Assembly: GCA_018818125.1 (NCBI GenBank)
Contig: JAHISQ010000054.1
Coordinates: forward strand, 66,514-130,513
Direction of reading: 5' to 3'
Length of the DNA stretch: 64,000 nucleotides
From: Candidatus Rifleibacteriota bacterium
GTDB taxonomy: Bacteria > Muiribacteriota > Ozemobacteria > Ozemobacterales > Ozemobacteraceae
In this document: one piece after another, positions 58,277 to 64,000 of the stretch
How the letters are laid out: the number at the start of each line of letters is the position of its first letter
Numbering within the stretch: the stretch's first letter is position 1
Position numbers and translations under genes: made by a program
The notes under the pieces: generated by a model
Database searches by the model: none
What the model saw: the letters and a program-made list of their open reading frames with translations, nothing else
Told to the model about the DNA's origin: nothing

Positions 58277-61200
58277 TTATTCCCTGAGATCTTCAGAAAC
58301 CAGCCAGCGTTGCAGCAGGCTGTAAAGAGTCGGCATCAGAACCAATGTCATGATTGTTGAGACAAACAATCCACCGATCACGCTCAAGCCAATTGGCACC
58401 CAGACTTCTGAGCCGTCTCCGGTTGACAGAGCCATCGGCAACATACCGATGGCAGTGGTACAGGAAGTTGCTATAACTGGTCGCAGTCGGCTTTTTCCTG
58501 CCGAGATCAGAGCCTGATTGAGTTTTACGCCGCGTCTGATCAGCATATTGATATAGCTGATCAAAACAATACCGTTGTTGACGACGATGCCAATGAGAAT
58601 GATGAAGCCAAGCAATGACACGACCGAAATGCGATTGCCGGTGATTGCCAACAATTGTATTGCGCCCATAAAGCCGAACGGAATGCTCAAAAAGATAATA
58701 AATGGTGCCAGCAGTGATTCAAACTGCGAAGCCATAACCATGTAGACCAGGATCATGCCAAGCACCCCAGCCTGCAGTAGAAGAAAAAACGAATCGATAC
58801 GCTCTTTTTCATTACCGCTAAACGCCCAGCTAAAGCCGGGAGGAACCGGCACATTCTTGAGCAGTTCTCCGGCTCGTTTGATGACAGTGCCAGGGTCAGT
58901 GCCAAAAACCTGCCCCGTAATCTTAATATAGCGCTGTTGCTCACTGCGTTCGATACGGACGGGGCCTAGAGTCTGCTCAAGAGATGCAAGGTTGTTCAAA
59001 CGAACTGACTGTCGATTAGGTGCGATAATACTTATCTGATCCAGGTCAGAAATACCAAAGCGGTCTTCCGGGCGCAAACGGACTTCAATATCGTATTCTT
59101 CGCCGCCTTCACGAAACTTGGCTGTGCGGTCGCCGCTGAAGTAAAGCTCGATACTGCGGGCAATTTCACTCACATTCAAGCCAATCGAAGAAGCCTTTTC
59201 ACGATTTACCAGCACCTGCATTTCTGGCCGGGCGAGCTTCTGGCTAATTTCAAGATCTTTAAGATTCTCGATCTGCATTAGCGTCTTCACCATGTTGTTG
59301 GCAAACTCGACACCCTGTTTGAGATCGTGCCCATAAATATCTATCGAAAAATCGGCACTGGAGCCAACTATCATCTCGCCGATCGGGTCGGTAGTCGTAA
59401 ACCTGATTAGAGTCCCGGGAATTTTATCGAGAATTGGGCGCAGTCGGCTGATTATTTCTTTACTGCCAGTCTTGCGCAGGTTCTTTGAAAGCAGTGTCAT
59501 TTCGATCTTACCGTAATTTGTAGCTTTCTTCGGGCTGAAAATCATGTTTTCTACGTCTTCAGTTACGCCCGTAGTAATGATCAAAGCTTTGAGCTCTGGC
59601 GTATTCTCGCGAATGATACCGCCAATCTCCTGACAAACCCGGGTGGTTTCTTCATACCTGGTGCCACTCGGCAGTTCAACCTCCATAAAGAGAAAGCCCT
59701 GATCCTGTTGCGGCATGTATTCGACACCCACCAGCGGAATAATAGCCAGTGAAAGCACAAAAAGCACTGTCAAAATCGCCAGCAGTTTGAGGCGATTGCG
59801 CAAGGCCTTCTGCAAAAACAGAGCATAAAAATCCTCGACGCGATCAAAAATTCCGCCCACCCGCATCAGCAAAGTCGGCCTGGATTCGGATCTGTGTCGA
59901 AGGAATTTTGAGCAGAGCATCGGAGTGAGCAGAAGCGATGAAAACAGTGAGGCAATAAGCGCCATGGTAACTATGGTCGCGAGCTGGCCAAACATGATTT
60001 TGGTAATGCCACTGGTGAAGATGATCGGCAGAAAAATTGCGACCGTAGTCATGGTCGAGGCTACAACTGCGGTGCCCATTTCAGCAGCGCCCCATATCGC
60101 GCTTTCGCGGGGGCTTACATCGCGATCAAGATAGCGTTTAACATTGTCGAGAATAACAATGGCGTTGTCAACGACCATACCCAAAGCGATTGCAAGACTC
60201 GAAAGTGAAATCTGGTTGATGGTATAGCCATTCATGTACATCAAAAGAAAGGTGATTATCAGCGAAGTTGGAACTGCAGTCGAAACAATTATACTGGCGC
60301 GAATATCTCTGAGAAAAAACAGGATTACCAGAAAAACCCCTATGCCGCCAACCATAAGGGCATTGCGCAGGTTATCAACAGTGCTTTTGATGAAATTGGC
60401 AGAGTCAAAAAACTCGGTAATTTTCACATCTGACGGAAGCTGAGCCTGAATTTCTGGCAGTGCTGCCTTGACCGCACTTGAAACGGCAAAGGTATTGCCG
60501 CCTGTCTGTTTCTGCACTACTACACCGATTGCCGGTTTACCGTTCATCATAAGTTCATCAGATTTTTCAACAAAACCGTCTTCTATTTCGGCAATGTCTT
60601 TGAGTCTTATGATGCCCTCGCTATTCGAAATAACCACATTTCCGATCTCTTCGACATTGGCAAATTCGCCCGGAGTTCTTATCAGAAAGTCCATGACACC
60701 GGATCTGATACTGCCACCCGGGTTGCTGAGATTCTGGGCATGCAGGATCTGTACAATCTGCTGACCACTGATGCCAGTAGCCTTAAGACGCTCTCGATTG
60801 AGTTTTACTCTTATAGTGCGCCGCAATCCACCCTGAGAAACTGCAGTGGCAACACCAGGCAGTCTTTTAAGTGCATCGGTAATTTTATTGTCAACGATCG
60901 TGTTGAGCTTTTCCCAGCTTTCGTCGGCGGTAACGCAAAACACCATAACTGGGATAGCGCTCATATCGAATTTGAGAATCATTGGATTTTCAGCGCCATC
61001 AGGCAGGTATTTGCGAATAAGATCGATACGCTCGCGAATGTCGTTGGCCGCTTCCGAAAGGTCGGTATCCCAGTTAAAGCGAACCGTAACCATCGAAACG
61101 CCTTCCATCGAAGACGAAGAAACCTTGTCGACGTTTTGTATTGTCGCAACGCGTTCCTCGATAATCTCGGTGATGCGTGTTTCTATTTCATGGGGGCCGG

Positions 61201-61360
61201 CGCCCTTATAAGAAGTGATAATCGAAATTACCGGAATATTCATGTCCGGCATCAGATCTATGCCTACCCGGGTATAAGCGAAACCGCCCAGAATTACACA
61301 GGCGATAAAAATCATACTCGTCGTAACCGGCCATTTAACCCCAAATTCCGAAAGCTTCAT
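58277..61360 (-). CDS. RND efflux transporter permease (AcrB/CzcA superfamily)
   Basis: It is 1027 aa with 12 TM helices and two large periplasmic loops. It has the N-terminus typical of HAE/HME RND pumps. Confidence 0.9.
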   Translation of the reverse strand: MKLSEFGVKWPVTTSMIFIACVILGGFAYTRVGIDLMPDMNIPVISIITSYKGAGPHEIETRITEIIEERVATIQNVDKVSSSSMEGVSMVTVRFNWDTDLSEAANDIRERIDLIRKYLPDGAENPMILKFDMSAIPVMVFCVTADESWEKLNTIVDNKITDALKRLPGVATAVSQGGLRRTIRVKLNRERLKATGISGQQIVQILHAQNLSNPGGSIRSGVMDFLIRTPGEFANVEEIGNVVISNSEGIIRLKDIAEIEDGFVEKSDELMMNGKPAIGVVVQKQTGGNTFAVSSAVKAALPEIQAQLPSDVKITEFFDSANFIKSTVDNLRNALMVGGIGVFLVILFFLRDIRASIIVSTAVPTSLIITFLLMYMNGYTINQISLSSLAIALGMVVDNAIVILDNVKRYLDRDVSPRESAIWGAAEMGTAVVASTMTTVAIFLPIIFTSGITKIMFGQLATIVTMALIASLFSSLLLTPMLCSKFLRHRSESRPTLLMRVGGIFDRVEDFYALFLQKALRNRLKLLAILTVLFVLSLAIIPLVGVEYMPQQDQGFLFMEVELPSGTRYEETTRVCQEIGGIIRENTPELKALIITTGVTEDVENMIFSPKKATNYGKIEMTLLSKNLRKTGSKEIISRLRPILDKIPGTLIRFTTTDPIGEMIVGSSADFSIDIYGHDLKQGVEFANNMVKTLMQIENLKDLEISQKLARPEMQVLVNREKASSIGLNVSEIARSIELYFSGDRTAKFREGGEEYDIEVRLRPEDRFGISDLDQISIIAPNRQSVRLNNLASLEQTLGPVRIERSEQQRYIKITGQVFGTDPGTVIKRAGELLKNVPVPPGFSWAFSGNEKERIDSFFLLLQAGVLGMILVYMVMASQFESLLAPFIIFLSIPFGFMGAIQLLAITGNRISVVSLLGFIILIGIVVNNGIVLISYINMLIRRGVKLNQALISAGKSRLRPVIATSCTTAIGMLPMALSTGDGSEVWVPIGLSVIGGLFVSTIMTLVLMPTLYSLLQRWLVSEDLRE

Positions 61361-62616
61361 TTTCCACTTTCACTTTCGACGACTTTAACCGGGCTACCTT
61401 CGCGGACAAATTCGAGACCACGTGAAATGATCTGCTCCCCAGGCTTGAGACCACTGACTATTTCGACTCTGGCCTCATCTATGATGCCAATTTTTACCAG
61501 GCGTTTGATGGCACAGCCATTTTCAATAACATAGGCAAAATGCTGGCCATTATGGCGAACCAGAGAGTCACGCGCGACGATCGGAACATCAGAGCTGGTA
61601 TTGAGCAAAAAGCTGAGTTTGGCAAACATGCCGGTTCGCAGTCTGTTATCGGGGTTTTTGAGCAAAATTTCTACCCGACCAGTGCGACTGACACTGTCGA
61701 TAGAAGGATGCACAAGATCTACGACACCTTCATAAATCTGATCTATTGAGTCGAGTTGAACCAAAACCCTTGTCTTACCGACTTTCATCTGATCGATATC
61801 TCTTTCGATAACCGAAGCGATGATTTTAACCGGGTCGTTTTGTTCAATTCTAAACAGGCTGGCAGCCGGGTTGGCCATAGCCCCCGGATCAGAACGGCGG
61901 CTGACTATAACTCCATCGAATGGAGCGCGCACCATGGTGTTGTCAAGCGCAACTCTTACTGCGTTAAGATTGGCCTCAGCCTGTAATAGTTCGGCTCGGC
62001 GCACTTCGATGGTCATTTTCGCCGATAGAATGGCGTCATTTGCCCGACTAACATCGGCGGTTGCGCCAATCAGTCTGGCATTAGCAGAATCGTGCTGTGC
62101 CACGAGATCGTCAAGTTGTTGCCGCGAAACAGCACCTTCTGACAGAAGTTTTTCGAAGCGTGCACGCGTCTGTGCAAGGTTTTTCACCTGAACATTGGCC
62201 GATTCTAGCACGGACTTTGAGGAAACTAGACTGGACTGAGCACTTTCGAACATTACCTTCTGCATTTCGACAGCAGCTTTTGCAACTGTAACAGCAGCTT
62301 TTGCCTGCTCGAACTGCGCCTTCTGCACATCATTATTGATTTGGGCCAGTTCCTGCCCTTTTTTAACTACCAAACCGACATCGACAAAAATCTCGACAAT
62401 GCGACCGACGGTATCCGGGTGCACATCTACCCCCAGCAAAGGCAGAACATCGGCAGAAGTTTCGATTTTTCTGTTTATGGTGCCAGCTTCTACTATATTC
62501 GCAAAAACCGGTATGACACGACTGCCATTCTCACTCTGCGCAACCAGAACCAAATCCAGCAACATAAAAAACAATAAAACAGCTATGACAGGCACATAAC
62601 CGGCACGAGCAGTCAT
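61357..62616 (-). CDS. RND periplasmic adaptor (membrane fusion protein, HlyD family)
   Basis: It has an N-terminal anchor, a long coiled-coil hairpin, then a beta-barrel/MP domain. It overlaps the permease gene by 4 nt. Confidence 0.85.
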   Translation of the reverse strand: MTARAGYVPVIAVLLFFMLLDLVLVAQSENGSRVIPVFANIVEAGTINRKIETSADVLPLLGVDVHPDTVGRIVEIFVDVGLVVKKGQELAQINNDVQKAQFEQAKAAVTVAKAAVEMQKVMFESAQSSLVSSKSVLESANVQVKNLAQTRARFEKLLSEGAVSRQQLDDLVAQHDSANARLIGATADVSRANDAILSAKMTIEVRRAELLQAEANLNAVRVALDNTMVRAPFDGVIVSRRSDPGAMANPAASLFRIEQNDPVKIIASVIERDIDQMKVGKTRVLVQLDSIDQIYEGVVDLVHPSIDSVSRTGRVEILLKNPDNRLRTGMFAKLSFLLNTSSDVPIVARDSLVRHNGQHFAYVIENGCAIKRLVKIGIIDEARVEIVSGLKPGEQIISRGLEFVREGSPVKVVESESGK

Positions 62617-62629
62617 TTAAGTCTCCGTT

Positions 62630-64000
62630 TCAGTTGATTTCCCACAAATCCCGGCCAAGTTTGCCGGTGGCCAGAAGATAAGACAGTCTGGCCTGATGAT
62701 GAAAGAAAACAGCCTGCAGATATTGCAGGCGCGTGTTTGAGTAGGCATTTTCAGCATCGAAAAGATCAACCTGAGTAAACAAGCCGTTTTCGTATCTGAC
62801 ATTGGCCAGTCGCATAGTTTCTTCGGCCTGCTTGAGATTTTCTTTCTGGGCAACTACAATCTGTTCAGAACTGTTAAGAGTCAGATAGGCCTGTCTGATT
62901 TCGAGCTGAGCCTGTTCCAGGCTGTTCAGATACTCGTTTTCGCTTTGCGATCTGGCCGCACGTGCTTCTGAAATTCTGCCACGGCTGAACCCGGAATCCA
63001 TGATTGGTAGGTTCAGTGAAACACCTGCCAGCCAGTAAGACTTACGCTCAAGTTTGCCAAAATCGGCTTTTGACGATGGGTTTTCGCTGCCATACTGGGC
63101 AAACAGCGCTGCGTTAAGCTTTTTTTCGCCCTTTGCAGCCTTGATCTGCTCGGCGGCGATTTTGTTCTCGCGTCTTTTTATTTGCAGGTCTTCACGACGG
63201 TCCTCGGCTTCAACAATGTCAGATTCGAGCTGCGGCTGCAGCTTTTCGACTTCGAGCCGGCAGGTTGTATCAATTTTAAGATCAAGTGGCAGTGAAAGCA
63301 GTTTGAGCAGGTCCAGGCGAGCAAGCTCAGTATCGTTGCAGTCCTTGATATAGGCACTGCGATTCTGCACAAGCCTGACTTCTGCTCTGAGCAGTTCATA
63401 TTTAGATGTCTGTTCGGCTGCATAACGCTTTTCGACCAGTGAAAAATGTGCCTGAGCAAGATCGAGATCCATCTTGCCAACATCCTCAACCTCGCGGGCA
63501 TACAGCCACGAAAGGTAACGGAGGCTGGCCGCCAGCACAATCTGCTGACGAGTCAGAGTATGAGCAGCCTCGGCAATCATCTGGCCGAAGCGGGCAGAAT
63601 TGACGGCGGCGCGGTCTTTACCGCCAAGATAGAGCGGCTGAGTGAGCTCGCCCCATATCTTCTGGTTGTCTTTTCGCCCCATAGCAATTGTCTGACCACC
63701 CAGATTAGCAGACGGTACATCGTCGATTCTGGTCTGGGTCATATTGCCCGAGAATTTGAGCCCGCCTATCGAACGTGCCTGCTGCAACTGCCCAGTAGCC
63801 TTTTCAACTGCGAATTCAGAGGTTTTGATGGTTCGATTGTTCTGCAGAGCAATACGCAGTGCGTCTTCCAAACAAAGATTTTCAGTATTTAACTCATTGG
63901 TGACAACCGGCACCGGCTTCATCTCATTGTCAAGTTCGACAATAGTAACAGGTTCGGCGTATAACATCGAGCTACAACAGATGCAGCAGATAAGAACAAT
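62630..64000 (-). CDS. TolC-family outer-membrane efflux protein (N-terminus beyond window edge)
   Basis: It has the OEP duplication pattern (LxxAxxN...L, coiled helical repeats). Translation continues in-frame upstream of 63967 (..IVLICCICCSSMLYAEPV) as a signal peptide, so the start lies outside the window. Confidence 0.8.
   Translation of the reverse strand: MVLICCICCSSMLYAEPVTIVELDNEMKPVPVVTNELNTENLCLEDALRIALQNNRTIKTSEFAVEKATGQLQQARSIGGLKFSGNMTQTRIDDVPSANLGGQTIAMGRKDNQKIWGELTQPLYLGGKDRAAVNSARFGQMIAEAAHTLTRQQIVLAASLRYLSWLYAREVEDVGKMDLDLAQAHFSLVEKRYAAEQTSKYELLRAEVRLVQNRSAYIKDCNDTELARLDLLKLLSLPLDLKIDTTCRLEVEKLQPQLESDIVEAEDRREDLQIKRRENKIAAEQIKAAKGEKKLNAALFAQYGSENPSSKADFGKLERKSYWLAGVSLNLPIMDSGFSRGRISEARAARSQSENEYLNSLEQAQLEIRQAYLTLNSSEQIVVAQKENLKQAEETMRLANVRYENGLFTQVDLFDAENAYSNTRLQYLQAVFFHHQARLSYLLATGKLGRDLWEIN

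Noticed and set aside
60740-61534. 264-aa and 121-aa + strand ORFs inside the RND permease and adaptor genes
   Set aside because: They are antisense to strongly supported efflux genes and have no signals.
1-64000. tRNA/rRNA genes, CRISPR arrays, transposases, integrases, phage genes
   Set aside because: I saw no T-loop GTTCRANYC contexts with acceptor stems. There are no direct-repeat/spacer arrays, and no DDE/tyrosine-recombinase-like ORFs. Nothing supports mobile or RNA-gene features here.

Overview
This 64 kb window appears to be a chromosomal segment from a Gram-negative, probably anaerobic, bacterium. It has RND/TolC efflux genes, type-IV-pilin-like leaders, and GC content around 50%. 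Most of it reads as core metabolism interleaved with a few accessory islands. Four functional blocks are well supported.

- **Lysine fermentation (6.6-17.5 kb, + strand).** kamA, kamDE, kdd, kce and atoDA are present, with a class-III aminotransferase in the position of kal (a Kat-type variant). Two P-loop/MutS-like ATPase genes sit between kamA and kamD.
- **Group-4 hydrogenase-like membrane complex (24.9-33.0 kb, - strand).** The operon resembles formate hydrogenlyase/Hyf. Its NuoD-like large subunit has lost the NiFe-ligating cysteines, which makes it Ehr-like (energy-converting-hydrogenase-related).
- **Polyhydroxyalkanoate cluster (46.7-52.0 kb).** It contains a phasin-like protein, phaB, two tandem class III/IV phaC genes flanking a small PhaE/PhaR-like subunit, and phaA. 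A separate PhaR-type DNA-binding regulator lies at 34.7 kb.
- **RND efflux operon at the 3' edge (58.3-64.0 kb, - strand).**

The accessory or unusual content is as follows.

- At the 5' edge, a prepilin-leader pseudopilin is followed by a 995-aa PilX-N-domain protein. That protein carries an internal Hint (intein-like) domain and a G/S/T/N-rich tail.
- At 35.3-46.3 kb there is a secreted-protein module: a HEXXH metallopeptidase-like protein, a C39-like cysteine peptidase with a glycine-zipper tail, a tiny PLDc_N membrane protein, a helical membrane protein, and a 2284-aa giant ASH/CARDB-repeat surface protein.
- At 53-57 kb there is a CHASE2-PP2C / FecR-like / SBP-PAS-Cys4 sensory trio.

I recognised no tRNA, rRNA, CRISPR, transposase or integrase.
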